64,000 nt of DNA, taken from assembly GCA_963662265.2 (NCBI GenBank), contig CAXXHA010000004.1, positions 1-64,000 on the forward strand, in the 5' to 3' direction. How positions within the stretch are numbered: position 1 is the stretch's first letter; each line of letters starts with the position of its first letter. The notes below the pieces were generated by a model. That model made no database searches. It worked only from the letters and a program-made list of their open reading frames with translations, and was not told where the DNA came from. Positions 54,045-64,000 of the stretch are shown here, in pieces. Origin of the DNA: Spirochaetia bacterium (GTDB lineage Bacteria > Spirochaetota > Spirochaetia > CADAEX01). Made by a program: the position numbers and the translations under genes.

Positions 54045-54372
54045 TTTCTACTCCGTTTTTAAAGTCTTATAAGGGAATCCCTGAAAACTATGTTTTTTAT
54101 TTTACAACATTTTATTCTGATTTAGACTATAGCATCTTGTGTTATAATAATTTGTTATATACTAAAAACATAATTTTTTCTTACAGATTCCCTTATGGGC
54201 AACATCTATGGAAAAACCCGCAAAAACGAGTTTTTGAAATGCCCATATTAATATAAATTAAATAATGATTCAGTTACATATACTTTAAATAAAAATAATA
54301 TAAATTTATTGTTATATATATATTGTATTTCGGATTAATTAACTTTAATATGCATTTTCGGAGCAATAAAAA

Positions 54373-54990
54373 ATGAAAAAAAATATTTTAAAGCAGTTTA
54401 TTGTGCTTGAAGGACTTGATGGTTCCGGTACAACAACACAAATGAAAAAACTGGGTGAAAAATTCTGTTCAGCCGGTATTAAACATATTTTAACTATGGA
54501 ACCCACTGATAAACCTGTAGGCAGGCTTATCAGGCAGGTACTTGAAAAAGAAGTTGAAGTTGAACCTGAAACACTTGCAATGCTTTTTTCGGCAGACAGG
54601 CATGAACATATCTTTGGAAGTGAGGGTATTAAAAAACTGAGTGAAGAAAATACATGGATTGTGTGCGACAGGTATCTTTTTTCATCTATTGCCTATCAGT
54701 CTCTTAAATGTGACCCTGACTGGGTTTTATCCATAAACAGATACCCGATGCCTGAATACCTCTTTTTTCTCGATGTTCCTGAAGATGAATGCGGAAAAAG
54801 GCTCGGAACCCGTGATAAAATAGAACTTTTTGATAAACAGGAAATACAGAAGAAAATTCTTGAAAACTACAATAACGGATTTAAAATTGGTATTGAATCG
54901 GGGGTAAAGTATTTCAGCCTGGACGGGACAGAAGATCCTGACTTAATTTCTGAAAAAATCTGGAAAAAACTTGGGATAAACAGCCGATAA
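54373..54990 (+). CDS. tmk: Thymidylate kinase
   Basis: FIVLEGLDGSGTTTQ, EPT, LFSADR, CDRYLFSSIAYQ. Confidence 0.95.
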   Translation: MKKNILKQFIVLEGLDGSGTTTQMKKLGEKFCSAGIKHILTMEPTDKPVGRLIRQVLEKEVEVEPETLAMLFSADRHEHIFGSEGIKKLSEENTWIVCDRYLFSSIAYQSLKCDPDWVLSINRYPMPEYLFFLDVPEDECGKRLGTRDKIELFDKQEIQKKILENYNNGFKIGIESGVKYFSLDGTEDPDLISEKIWKKLGINSR

Positions 54991-54997
54991 ACATAAT

Positions 54998-55609
54998 GTG
55001 AGACGTTTTACAATATTCTCGGCTGTTTTTATCATCTTAAACCTCTTTGTCGTAACTGATTCAGGCAGAAGCTATAAAATACTATATGCGGAACAGTTTT
55101 ATAAACTGTATCATGCCCATTTTTACCAGTATCCGGAAGACTATCTTGAAAACATTTATTACCTTGAGCAGTCAATGAGATCTGATTTTGCCAACCCTCT
55201 CAATGCTCTTGCCAGAATTGAAAATAAAAATGAATGGCGCAGGTATATGAATTTGTTCCGTATGCATGTTTCACTTAAACTCACAGAGCTGTACCTGGGG
55301 CTTGGCAGCAAGTATGACAAGATGAATGCCTATTTTTATAATTACCCCTGGAAAAGGGAAAATCTGAAATCACTAGATGTTGCAGAAGAATCCTATGAAT
55401 TTGCAAGAGTCTACTGGAAGGAGACTCTGAAATGGCAGGGTAAAGTTGAAAAATCATGGACTGTTCTTGAAGAGATACAGAAGTGGGAAGATGAGGCATA
55501 CAGGATTGAAGAGAAAAGTCTTGATTATGATGATATTATTGATTCACATCTGGAAAGACTGAGAGCTGTAAGGAAAAAATTCCAGGCAATGGATGAAAAT
55601 ACCTATTAA
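54998..55609 (+). CDS. Conserved-looking hypothetical exported protein
   Basis: N-terminal hydrophobic segment, YAEQFYKLYH, FANPLNALA; co-oriented with tmk. Confidence 0.75.
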   Translation: MRRFTIFSAVFIILNLFVVTDSGRSYKILYAEQFYKLYHAHFYQYPEDYLENIYYLEQSMRSDFANPLNALARIENKNEWRRYMNLFRMHVSLKLTELYLGLGSKYDKMNAYFYNYPWKRENLKSLDVAEESYEFARVYWKETLKWQGKVEKSWTVLEEIQKWEDEAYRIEEKSLDYDDIIDSHLERLRAVRKKFQAMDENTY

Positions 55610-55766
55610 CTATTCTTATTTGAATTTTAAAATCAGATAGTATTTTAATATTCCGCTTGAACAGCTGTCTGAAATTATTATTTCCTGAGTCATTTTATCT
55701 TAAACATTAATTATAATAAAAAATTATCAGCATATTAAAAAAGAGTGGATAATGCTTTCCAGTAGT

Positions 55767-57434
55767 TTAAAAGAATTTCCAGTTCCCCTTTATATTGTTT
55801 TTTACACTGTACAGTGCAATGTCAGCCTTTCTTATAAGTTCCTCAGAATTACTTCCGTTATCCGGGTATAAGCTAATACCGATACTGAAACTGAGAGACA
55901 GATCCGCATTTTCAGTCAGGACAGGGGATGAGCAGGTTTTCAGTATTTTTCCTGCTACCTGTTTCACATCATCGGTGGAATTGATATCTTCCAGGATAAT
56001 AATAAACTCATCTCCCGCAAATCTGATTACAATATCGGATTCTCTGAGAAGGTTTTTAAACCTGTTTGCAGCTGCAATTAAAACTTTATCGCCGGTCTGA
56101 TGTCCGTATGTATCGTTAACCTCCTTGAAGTTATCCATATCAATGAAAAGTACGGCGAGTTTTTTCCCTGTCCTGTTGGATTTTTTTATTGACTGGTTGA
56201 GAAACTCATTAAGGTAAAGTCTGTTGGGTAAATTAGTAAGCGGGTCATGCTGGGCAATATATTCAACTTCCTGTTTTGCCTTCAGTATTTTATTTTTATC
56301 TTTTTCAATACAGTCGAGAAGCTCAATGTTTTTTTCAATCAGTTTCCTGTTTTTCAGTGCAATCGTCATGTACTTTGAAAGTAAGTTGAAAAGAATACGT
56401 TTTCTCAATGTATATGCTCTTTTCCTGATATCCAGAAAAGCTGCCGCACCCATGATTTCTCCGTTGAAAATAAGGGGAATAATTATTGCAGATTTTATAT
56501 TGCCTGCAATTTTAATGAACTGGGATTTGTTTTCCGTGTATCTCAGTAAATCTGTTTTTATATTTTTGATATAAACAGTCTTCCGGTTTCTTAAAGCATA
56601 AATAAAACAGCTTTCACTGCTGTCGATTTTTTCACTTATCATAGTATTTTCAAAGAGTGCATTCCTTCCATATATATTTAACAGCAGAGTACTGCTGTTG
56701 TACTGCCCTATGCAGAAGTAGTCAGACAGTATAAGATTTTTTATCTTACTGTGAATTGTTTCAAAAAGTTCCGGAGATTCAAATTCAGATATTATTTCAC
56801 GTCCTGTTATGTTGACAGAATTAAATACATGAAGATTTATATATATGAGTACTGCTGCTGCATTTATGATAATAATAAAAAGCAATACAGTCCCTGTCCA
56901 GCTTTTCCGAAATACTGATGAATTATTGCAGGAATTGTTCTCTATAAAGTTATTATATAAATCAGACTCTGTTTTTTTTAAGTCATAAATATTGTTTTTA
57001 AACAGTTTTGCCAGTTCTGAATTACAGTCACCTGATATTTCTTCTTTTCGGAATATAAATCCAGGTTCCCTGTAAAGATAGCCGGAATAAGATTTTTCCT
57101 GTTTTTTGAAGGGATTATAATAAGCGGCAGTGTAATTGTTTATTTGATCGGATTTTCTGAGATAAATCTTTTCCGGAATAATATCGATAAACCCCAGAGT
57201 CATCATATCCAGTCCTGCCTCATAAGAGCTGAAATGGTATTCAATATCGAGATTTTCTCTTTTTGCGATATAATTAATTATATCAATTGTCGTTCCTGAA
57301 TAATTATTGTTATCCCTCAGTATGTAGGGAGGATTTTCATATATGCCGATATGAACTGTATCTGAAGAGACAGGCAGAATACAAATGAGTGATAAAAATA
57401 AAAACAGCAGTTTTTTATGAATCAGACTTTCCAT
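55767..57434 (-). CDS. Diguanylate cyclase (truncated PBP-like sensor, TM, GAF, GGDEF domain with AGDEF)
   Basis: HDPLTNLPNR, DMDNFKEVNDTYGHQTGD, RESD I-site, RFAGDEF. Confidence 0.9.
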   Translation of the reverse strand: MESLIHKKLLFLFLSLICILPVSSDTVHIGIYENPPYILRDNNNYSGTTIDIINYIAKRENLDIEYHFSSYEAGLDMMTLGFIDIIPEKIYLRKSDQINNYTAAYYNPFKKQEKSYSGYLYREPGFIFRKEEISGDCNSELAKLFKNNIYDLKKTESDLYNNFIENNSCNNSSVFRKSWTGTVLLFIIIINAAAVLIYINLHVFNSVNITGREIISEFESPELFETIHSKIKNLILSDYFCIGQYNSSTLLLNIYGRNALFENTMISEKIDSSESCFIYALRNRKTVYIKNIKTDLLRYTENKSQFIKIAGNIKSAIIIPLIFNGEIMGAAAFLDIRKRAYTLRKRILFNLLSKYMTIALKNRKLIEKNIELLDCIEKDKNKILKAKQEVEYIAQHDPLTNLPNRLYLNEFLNQSIKKSNRTGKKLAVLFIDMDNFKEVNDTYGHQTGDKVLIAAANRFKNLLRESDIVIRFAGDEFIIILEDINSTDDVKQVAGKILKTCSSPVLTENADLSLSFSIGISLYPDNGSNSEELIRKADIALYSVKNNIKGNWKFF

Positions 57435-57564
57435 TTATTTATAGCTTAATATGTTTAGATGAAAAAGCCAAATTTAAAAACCGCCGGAAAATTATTAATT
57501 TTATTGTTATCTGGCGGATACATGGATTTTATACAGGGACAGCCTTGTATTCATGAAATGAAAA

Positions 57565-58584
57565 TTACAGAAGCAGCATTGCGTCTCCATATGAGAAAAA
57601 GCGGTATCTTTTTTCTATAGCTTCAGTGTATATTTTCTTTATATTCTCAGCTCCTGCAAAAGCAGATACAAGCAGCAGAAGAGTTGAGTCCGGGGTGTGA
57701 AAATTTGTAAACATATGATCAACAAAACGGAATTTATATCCCGGATAAATATATAGAGTTGTTTTTCTTTTTCCCGGTATGATTATTCCGTTTTCATCAG
57801 CAGATGATTCCAGGGTTCTCACAGATGTAGTCCCCACAGCAATAATCTTTTTCCCTTCTTTTTTTGCTTTATTGAGCTTTTCTGCAGTTTTCTCTGTGAT
57901 TTCATATGTTTCTTCATGGATCTGGTGATCCTCAACATTTTCCGCCCTGATCGGCTGGAAAGTTCCCATACCCACATGCAGGGTGACGAATGCATTGTCT
58001 ATTCCGTTATTCCTGATTCTGGAAAGGTTTTCATCTGTGAAATGAAGACCTGCTGTGGGCGCTGCGACAGAACCTGTTTTTGATGAGTAAACAGTCTGAT
58101 AACGTTCTGCATCGTCAGCTGCATCTTCTCTTTTAATATATGGAGGCAGCGGTATATGTCCGTTTTTCTCGAGGTAGTCATCAGTAACCTCGGTTTCGAA
58201 TTTAAGAATTTTACCGCTTTCGTCTGATTTTGTAATCATACCCCTTATGTTATCAGGAAAAGTATAGCTTCTTCCTGTCTTCTGTCTTTTTGATTTGCTG
58301 CAGATTACTTCCCATTCGAGGTCTGAAACCTGTTTTAAAAGAAGAAATTCTATTTTTCCTCCGAAATCAGAAGTGCCGAATATTCTAGCCTTTCTGACTC
58401 TTGTGTTGTTAAAAACCATAAAATTACTGCTGTCTATGAAATCAGTGATATCAGAAACAGTGGAATGGGTAAGTTTGCTGTTTTTTCTGTTATAAACAAT
58501 AAGCCTGGATTCTCCCCTCCTGTCGGAAGGATACTGGGCAATAAGTTCTTCTGGTAAATCAAAATAAAAGTCGCTGGTTTTCAT
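57565..58584 (-). CDS. queA: S-adenosylmethionine:tRNA ribosyltransferase-isomerase
   Basis: [38 protein letters not shown]. Confidence 0.98.
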   Translation of the reverse strand: MKTSDFYFDLPEELIAQYPSDRRGESRLIVYNRKNSKLTHSTVSDITDFIDSSNFMVFNNTRVRKARIFGTSDFGGKIEFLLLKQVSDLEWEVICSKSKRQKTGRSYTFPDNIRGMITKSDESGKILKFETEVTDDYLEKNGHIPLPPYIKREDAADDAERYQTVYSSKTGSVAAPTAGLHFTDENLSRIRNNGIDNAFVTLHVGMGTFQPIRAENVEDHQIHEETYEITEKTAEKLNKAKKEGKKIIAVGTTSVRTLESSADENGIIIPGKRKTTLYIYPGYKFRFVDHMFTNFHTPDSTLLLLVSAFAGAENIKKIYTEAIEKRYRFFSYGDAMLLL

Positions 58585-59590
58585 CTTCTCCGTCCTGTGA
58601 GATGTTTAAATGTGTATAAGCAAATGGAGTTGCAGTCCTTCCCCTGGGGGTCCGCTGGATAAAACCTTTCTGTATTAGGAAAGGTTCATAAAAATCTTCC
58701 AGAGTTTCAACGCTTTCACCGAGTGATATCGCAAGAGTATCAGCCCCAACCGGTCCTCCCGAGTATTTCCTGATTATTGTTTCAAGTATTCGCCTGTCAA
58801 ACAGTTCAAGTCCTGATGAATCAATTTCAAGTTTTTCAAGGCTGTATCTTACAATGTTTTCATCTATAGATCCGTCACCTTTAACCTGGGCAAAATCACG
58901 CACCCTTCTGAGTATCCTATTTGCAACCCTTGGTGTTCCTCTGCAGCAGTCAGCAAGCAGTGACAGGGATTTTTTATCGATTTTTATATCAAGAAGCAGG
59001 GATGATCTTCTAAGGATGCTGATAATATCATCTTTTTCGTAAAGATTCATCCTCACGTTAATTCCGAACCTGCTGTAAAGCGGGCTTGATACATTACCGC
59101 TTCTGGTTGTAGCCCCTATAAGTGTGAACGGGGGGATCGGCAGTCTTATGGATCTTGCGGAAGGTCCCTGCCCTATAATCCAGTCAAGTTCGTAATCTTC
59201 CATCGCAATATAAAGCATCTCTTCGATAGCAGGTTTAAGCCTGTGTATTTCATCGATAAAAAAAACAGTGTTGTCTGATATTGATGTCAGAAGACCTGCA
59301 AGGTCTTTCGGTTTATCGAGAGCCGGGGCGCTTGTTGCCTTGAATTCACTGCCCATTTCATTTGCAAGTATTCCGGCAAGAGTTGTTTTTCCAAGTCCCG
59401 GAGGTCCGCTCAGGAATACATGGTCAAGGCTCTCATTTCTTTCTTTTGCAGCTTTAAGGAAAATGCCGAGATTCTCCTTTAGAGCTTTCTGCCCCTGAAA
59501 ATCCGAAAGAGTTGCGGGGCGAAGAGAATTTTCCCTGCTTTCTATATCTTCATCAATTATGTTGCCGGAAATGATACTGTCTTTATTCAT
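58559..59590 (-). CDS. ruvB: Holliday junction DNA helicase RuvB
   Basis: [31 protein letters not shown]. Confidence 0.98.
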   Translation of the reverse strand: MNKDSIISGNIIDEDIESRENSLRPATLSDFQGQKALKENLGIFLKAAKERNESLDHVFLSGPPGLGKTTLAGILANEMGSEFKATSAPALDKPKDLAGLLTSISDNTVFFIDEIHRLKPAIEEMLYIAMEDYELDWIIGQGPSARSIRLPIPPFTLIGATTRSGNVSSPLYSRFGINVRMNLYEKDDIISILRRSSLLLDIKIDKKSLSLLADCCRGTPRVANRILRRVRDFAQVKGDGSIDENIVRYSLEKLEIDSSGLELFDRRILETIIRKYSGGPVGADTLAISLGESVETLEDFYEPFLIQKGFIQRTPRGRTATPFAYTHLNISQDGEDENQRLLF

Positions 59591-59605
59591 AGCTACCTGT
59601 TTTTA

Positions 59606-60199
59606 TCACGAACTCAATGATACAATTGCCCTTCTGAAGATTTCCTTCTCTTTCTCCTCAGGAGACATTTTTTCAAGATCTTCATCAACAGAGATTTCCC
59701 TGACAGCCTTTAACGCGGATTTGTGATCAAATCCCATATCTGAAAGCGATGATGCAAGTTCCTTATATGGGGTTTCAGGTTCATTATCAGCTTCATCAGC
59801 AATAAGTTTTCCCCTGAGAGAGAGAATAATCTTTCCAGCAGTTTTCTTCCCTATACCGGGAAGTGAGGAAAGGAGGGCAACATCATCTGTTTCAAGTGCC
59901 TTGATAAATCCTTCTGTTGAAATATTTGAAAGAATTTTTATGCAGTTTTTAGGACCTATGCCGCTGATTTTAATCAGTTCCAGAAAAAGTTTCCTTTCCT
60001 CTTCGGAAGAAAATCCGAATAAAGACATTGAATCCTGTGTCTGGTGCATATGAAGAAGTATTCTGATTTTTTCGCCTGTATCGGGAACAGAAGTAAGAGT
60101 CCTTGATGAGCAGTGTATGATCCATTCAATACCGCCTGTTTCCAGAAACAGTATGTTTTCTTTTTTACCTGTTATAAAACCATTTAAACTGTTAAGCAT
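59606..60199 (-). CDS. ruvA: Holliday junction branch migration protein RuvA
   Basis: LFGF..ERKLF, SGIGPK, PGIGKKTA; ATG 60199. Confidence 0.95.
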   Translation of the reverse strand: MLNSLNGFITGKKENILFLETGGIEWIIHCSSRTLTSVPDTGEKIRILLHMHQTQDSMSLFGFSSEEERKLFLELIKISGIGPKNCIKILSNISTEGFIKALETDDVALLSSLPGIGKKTAGKIILSLRGKLIADEADNEPETPYKELASSLSDMGFDHKSALKAVREISVDEDLEKMSPEEKEKEIFRRAIVSLSS

Positions 60200-60678
60200 T
60201 TCCTGAAATTCCTGTTGTGATAGTGGCATATTGCAGCTGCCAGTGCATCTGCACAGTGGTCAGGTTTCGGTAGACTGTCAAGTTTCAAAAGAAACATCAC
60301 AAGCTCCTGGACCTGTCTTTTATCCGCCCTCCCGTTTCCGACAATTGTCTGTTTGATTTCAAGAGGTGTGTATTCATAATTATCTATACTGTTCTGAGAA
60401 CACAAAAGATGAATAACACCTTTCGATTCAGCAACCGGGATAGCGCTTAAAACATTCTTTGCAAAATAGAGCGCCTCGATACCTGCCTCATCAGGCCTGT
60501 ATTCGGTAATGATTTCTGATAACTGGTCATATATGGAATGCAGCCTGTCAGAAATCTGATCTTTTGATGATGTTTTAACAACCCCATGTTTAACATGGTT
60601 AATTCTATTGTTTTTTATATCAATGATCCCGAAACCTGTCTGGGCAAGTCCGGGATCAATGCCAAGGATTCTTAACAA
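60184..60678 (-). CDS. ruvC: Crossover junction endodeoxyribonuclease RuvC
   Basis: ILGIDPG, IE, G.GRADK.QV, D..ADALA.AICH. Confidence 0.97.
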   Translation of the reverse strand: MLRILGIDPGLAQTGFGIIDIKNNRINHVKHGVVKTSSKDQISDRLHSIYDQLSEIITEYRPDEAGIEALYFAKNVLSAIPVAESKGVIHLLCSQNSIDNYEYTPLEIKQTIVGNGRADKRQVQELVMFLLKLDSLPKPDHCADALAAAICHYHNRNFRKCLTV

Positions 60679-60737
60679 TTTCTTTCCTGTATTAAGAATA
60701 TTTTTAAAAACCGTAATACGATTATTGTCTTTAAAAA

Positions 60738-61481
60738 TTATTCCGGCATCTCGAAATCATCTGGAATTTCAAGGTTTGTTGAAACAGACTGGACATCATC
60801 AATATCTTCCATCCGTTCGATAAGCTTGAGAGCTTTTGCTGTTTTATCATTATCAAGCGAAACAGTATTATCAGGAATCATTGATACATCAGCCATTGTG
60901 TGTTCAAAACCAGCATCGGTCAGTGCGTTTACAACAGCTTCAAAATCATCAGGTTCTGTAATAACTTCGATTGAATCGCCTTCAGTACTTACATCTTCAG
61001 CACCTGCATCAAGTGCAGCCGCAAAAATATCATCTTCAGAGTATTTGGAGCTGTCAAAGGCAACAATCCCTTTTTTCTTGAAAAGATATGCTACACAGCC
61101 TGTTGTCCCGAGAGTTCCGCCACCCTTTGTAAGCTGGCTTCTTACATCTGCTGCAGTTCTGTTTTTATTATCTGTAAGAGTATCAATGAGAAGTGCAACT
61201 CCGCCCGGGCCGTAACCTTCGTAAGTGAGTTCAGAATAGGTTACGCCATCAAGGTCTCCGGTACCTTTCTTGATAGCTCTTTCAATATTGTCTTTTGGCA
61301 TGTTTGCAGATTTTGCCTTGATTATTGCAGTTCTGAGTCTTGGATTAGCCTCTTCATCTCCTCCGCCCAGTTTTGCGGCAACTGTAATCTCTTTGATCAG
61401 TTTTGTGAAAATTTTACCTCTTTTAGCATCTGCTGCGCCTTTTTTATGTTTAATAGTAGCCCATTTACTATGACCTGACAT
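60738..61481 (-). CDS. yebC: YebC/PmpR family protein
   Basis: [29 protein letters not shown]. Confidence 0.97.
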   Translation of the reverse strand: MSGHSKWATIKHKKGAADAKRGKIFTKLIKEITVAAKLGGGDEEANPRLRTAIIKAKSANMPKDNIERAIKKGTGDLDGVTYSELTYEGYGPGGVALLIDTLTDNKNRTAADVRSQLTKGGGTLGTTGCVAYLFKKKGIVAFDSSKYSEDDIFAAALDAGAEDVSTEGDSIEVITEPDDFEAVVNALTDAGFEHTMADVSMIPDNTVSLDNDKTAKALKLIERMEDIDDVQSVSTNLEIPDDFEMPE

Positions 61482-61589
61482 AAAAACTCCTTCAAAAATA
61501 TATTATGGACACCTTAATAAATATCCTGTTGTTAACTGTAAAATTATTTGTAATATTAAAGCTGATTTGCAGAAATAAAACGCTCAATT

Positions 61590-61619
61590 AAACTACCACA
61601 ATGGAAATTATGGTGTCAA
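61590..61619 (-). promoter_or_regulatory. Sigma70 promoter for yebC-ruvCAB-queA
   Basis: TTGACA (overlapping the hemW TGA)-18 nt-TAGTTT with extended TGn. Confidence 0.55.
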
Positions 61620-62776
61620 GACAGCTTTTTTTTTCTGTTTTCCAGTTCGTTCATTATATCAATGATAAATGAACTGTGAAAAAGCCTTCCCTTTTCCGAT
61701 AAGACAAGATTTTTTTCTGTTTTAATCAGCATTTCCCTATTAATCCATTTTATTATAGTTTCCGGAATAATTCCATAGAGATCAAACCCGAAAATATTTC
61801 TGATTTTTTCCCGGCAGATCCCTTCGGAAGTCCTGAAACCCATCATCAGGGTTTCAATAAGAAAATCATCATCTGAAATATTCTCTTCCGATATATTCCA
61901 GTTATTTTTTCCCCTTTCGAGGAAAAGGTTGAAATCTGAACAGTTCTTCAGTCTGAAGGCAGAATCATTTGAAAACATGGTGGATACTGCTGTAGGTCCG
62001 CACCCGATATAAGGCTCCATTCTCCAGTAGTTGAGATTATGAAGGCATTTTTTCCCCGATTTTGAAAAATTCGATATTTCATAATGATCATAACCGTATT
62101 CTGAGAGAAAGCCGGATGACTGAATCCATACTTCATCATCAATATCCTTGCTGCTGTATATATCAGCGATAGGTGTATTTTCTTCAATTGTGAGGTTGTA
62201 AAGGGAAATATGGTCCGGATCAAAGGAAAGTGCAGTCTTCAGGTCATTTATACAGTCATCAATCTTCTGTCCCGGAATTGAACTGATAAGGTCAATATTA
62301 ATATCCAGGTCAGTTATTTTAAGGAGATTGAGAGCTTCTGTACCTGTTTTAAAACTGCTCTTTCTTCCGAGAATATTAAGAAAAACATCATTAAATGACT
62401 GTATTCCTGTGCTTATCCTTGTAAGCGGAGTATCCCTGAAGAAAGTAATAAGATCCTTATTAACTGTTTCCGGGTTGACTTCAATTGAGAACTCACTGAT
62501 TTCTTTTTTTAAGACATCTGAAACAGTGAGAATAAGTTTTTCAAGCAGTGAAAGAGGCAGTGCAGTCGGTGTCCCTCCACCGATATAAACAGTTTCAATA
62601 TTATCCAGGCAGTATTTCCCTGAAAAGAATTTCAGCTGTTCAGCTGTTGAATCAGTTATATCCTTTTTTATGCTGAAGCTGCTGTTTTCTACAGAAAAAA
62701 AGTCGCAGTAACTGCATTTTGAACTACAGAAAGGAACATGGATATAAAGAGATTTTATATCATTTTTAAAATGCAT
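61616..62776 (-). CDS. hemW: Radical SAM heme chaperone HemW (HemN-like)
   Basis: YIHVPFCSSKCSYCDF, GGGTP, YEISNF, HNLNYW. Confidence 0.92.
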   Translation of the reverse strand: MHFKNDIKSLYIHVPFCSSKCSYCDFFSVENSSFSIKKDITDSTAEQLKFFSGKYCLDNIETVYIGGGTPTALPLSLLEKLILTVSDVLKKEISEFSIEVNPETVNKDLITFFRDTPLTRISTGIQSFNDVFLNILGRKSSFKTGTEALNLLKITDLDINIDLISSIPGQKIDDCINDLKTALSFDPDHISLYNLTIEENTPIADIYSSKDIDDEVWIQSSGFLSEYGYDHYEISNFSKSGKKCLHNLNYWRMEPYIGCGPTAVSTMFSNDSAFRLKNCSDFNLFLERGKNNWNISEENISDDDFLIETLMMGFRTSEGICREKIRNIFGFDLYGIIPETIIKWINREMLIKTEKNLVLSEKGRLFHSSFIIDIMNELENRKKKLS

Positions 62777-63512
62777 GGATCCTTTTCAACGGCCAGTACC
62801 TGAATATTACTTTTCCCTTAATACTGACTCTCTTTACCGGCTGGGTATTTCGGGAATCACTTGTAAGGTCTCTGTTGTCGCCGATGAGAAAATACTCATC
62901 TTTACCAAGTTTTTTTTCTGTGAAATTACCGGAAAAAGGATTCTGTCTTACAATCCAGTTCTCCGGATAATCAGAAAAAGTAACGTTGTATTCTGAATTT
63001 GAAAGTTCAAATTCACTTTCAAAATGTTCACTCCCCTTTTGTTTGACATAGATAATATTGTTTTTAACACTGACAACATCGCCGGGAACAGCAATTATTC
63101 TCTTTATAAATCTGTCGTTCTGAAATGATGTGTGATCAGTCAGACTTTTTTTCTGAAGTGTTACAATTTTATATATGGAATCAGGCAGTGCAAGGTACCA
63201 TGGAAGTTTTTTAGCTGAATCAGGGCTGTATAAGACAATGTCTCCCCTTTCTGGTTCCCTTATTCCGGGTATAGGAATATATTTCAGGAAACTGTTCCTG
63301 TAAAATACCGGCATAACAATTAAAAAATCATTTTTTAAAAGAGAGGGATTCATCCCGTCTGTTTCAGATTTTACTGTAGTCAGCAACAGAGATGTAAATA
63401 TTTCATAGATTATGACAAAGATAACAAGATATTTTATAATTTTACCGGTTCTTGATCTTCCGGATCTGCCCGGATTATAAAAACTGTAACTGTTCCTTTT
63501 TTTGCTGAACAT
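62766..63512 (-). CDS. Signal peptidase I-like protein, catalytic Ser replaced by Gly
   Basis: TM, ETDGMNPSL (SGSM box altered), RGDIV, FIKR, GDNRDLTSDSR. Confidence 0.85.
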   Translation of the reverse strand: MFSKKRNSYSFYNPGRSGRSRTGKIIKYLVIFVIIYEIFTSLLLTTVKSETDGMNPSLLKNDFLIVMPVFYRNSFLKYIPIPGIREPERGDIVLYSPDSAKKLPWYLALPDSIYKIVTLQKKSLTDHTSFQNDRFIKRIIAVPGDVVSVKNNIIYVKQKGSEHFESEFELSNSEYNVTFSDYPENWIVRQNPFSGNFTEKKLGKDEYFLIGDNRDLTSDSRNTQPVKRVSIKGKVIFRYWPLKRIHAF

Positions 63513-63584
63513 AATAACCCTTTTATAATTATATTTAACTGTTGTTTATATTTTTCAATATCCTGTAAGATTACAGATATAATG

Positions 63585-64000
63585 TTATTTTATTTTACCC
63601 AGTCTGTTTAGAGGCCAGTATTTAAGCATTGCCTTGCCAAGTACCTTGTCAAGTTTTACAGGTCCGAAATATCTGGCATCCCTTGAATTGTCCCGGTTAT
63701 CGCCGAGAGGAAAAATCCATGTTTCAGGAATATACCAGCCAGCCTTGTTTTTAATATAATCTTTTCTGTATTCACTGTTATGCGGTTCAATTGCATATTT
63801 CATTTCAGATCTGTAACTGTTGAAAGTTATTGAATCTACAAATGATGAATTCAGTTTTGAAAGTGCATTTTTCTGTCCTTCATCAACAAAAATATTGTGT
63901 TCGTTGAGAACTGTTCCGAAAGCAGCTTTCCTGTAGTATTTATAGTCATTTTTACCAATAAGTCTTCTTGTTTTAGCAGGTTCTCTGTTAATGTGCCTGA
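63585..64000 (-). CDS. lepB: Signal peptidase I, C-terminal part (gene runs off the window)
   Basis: Frame open to the window edge; GDNRDNSRDARYFG, YWPLNR. Confidence 0.85.
   Translation of the reverse strand, partial: RHINREPAKTRRLIGKNDYKYYRKAAFGTVLNEHNIFVDEGQKNALSKLNSSFVDSITFNSYRSEMKYAIEPHNSEYRKDYIKNKAGWYIPETWIFPLGDNRDNSRDARYFGPVKLDKVLGKAMLKYWPLNRLGKIK

Noticed and set aside
54014-54256. 80-aa plus-strand ORF
   Set aside because: Overlaps the extended tamB start antisense, spans the inverted repeats, and has no RBS or motif.

Overview
AT-rich core-genome segment of a spirochete (inferred from the ~900-aa GreA, NusA with a zinc-ribbon tail, FAD synthetase lacking the kinase domain, and the tamB-bamA-skp-mutS-comF-rimP-nusA-infB-rbfA-truB-rpsO-pnp-lptFG-tgt-murJ order). 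It holds about 50 CDS, mostly housekeeping, in long minus-strand operons. I found no rRNA, tRNA, CRISPR array or transposase. The most striking unexplained signal is a dispersed two-hairpin element with compensatory base changes: 5 copies of a bulged GAGAC...GUGCUC hairpin and 4 copies of a GUUUUU-containing hairpin. I saw it only in the intercistronic leaders of three envelope genes (bamA, skp and a membrane-anchored TPR gene), so it is a candidate new cis-regulatory or processing RNA family. Other highlights: a textbook sigma54 promoter in front of an RpoS-like sigma factor, with a sensor-less sigma54 activator overlapping rpsA; a tamB gene that apparently starts at CTG behind a highly structured, possibly MITE-derived leader; and a signal peptidase paralogue missing its catalytic serine. 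All calls are by eye from motifs; no database searches were run.
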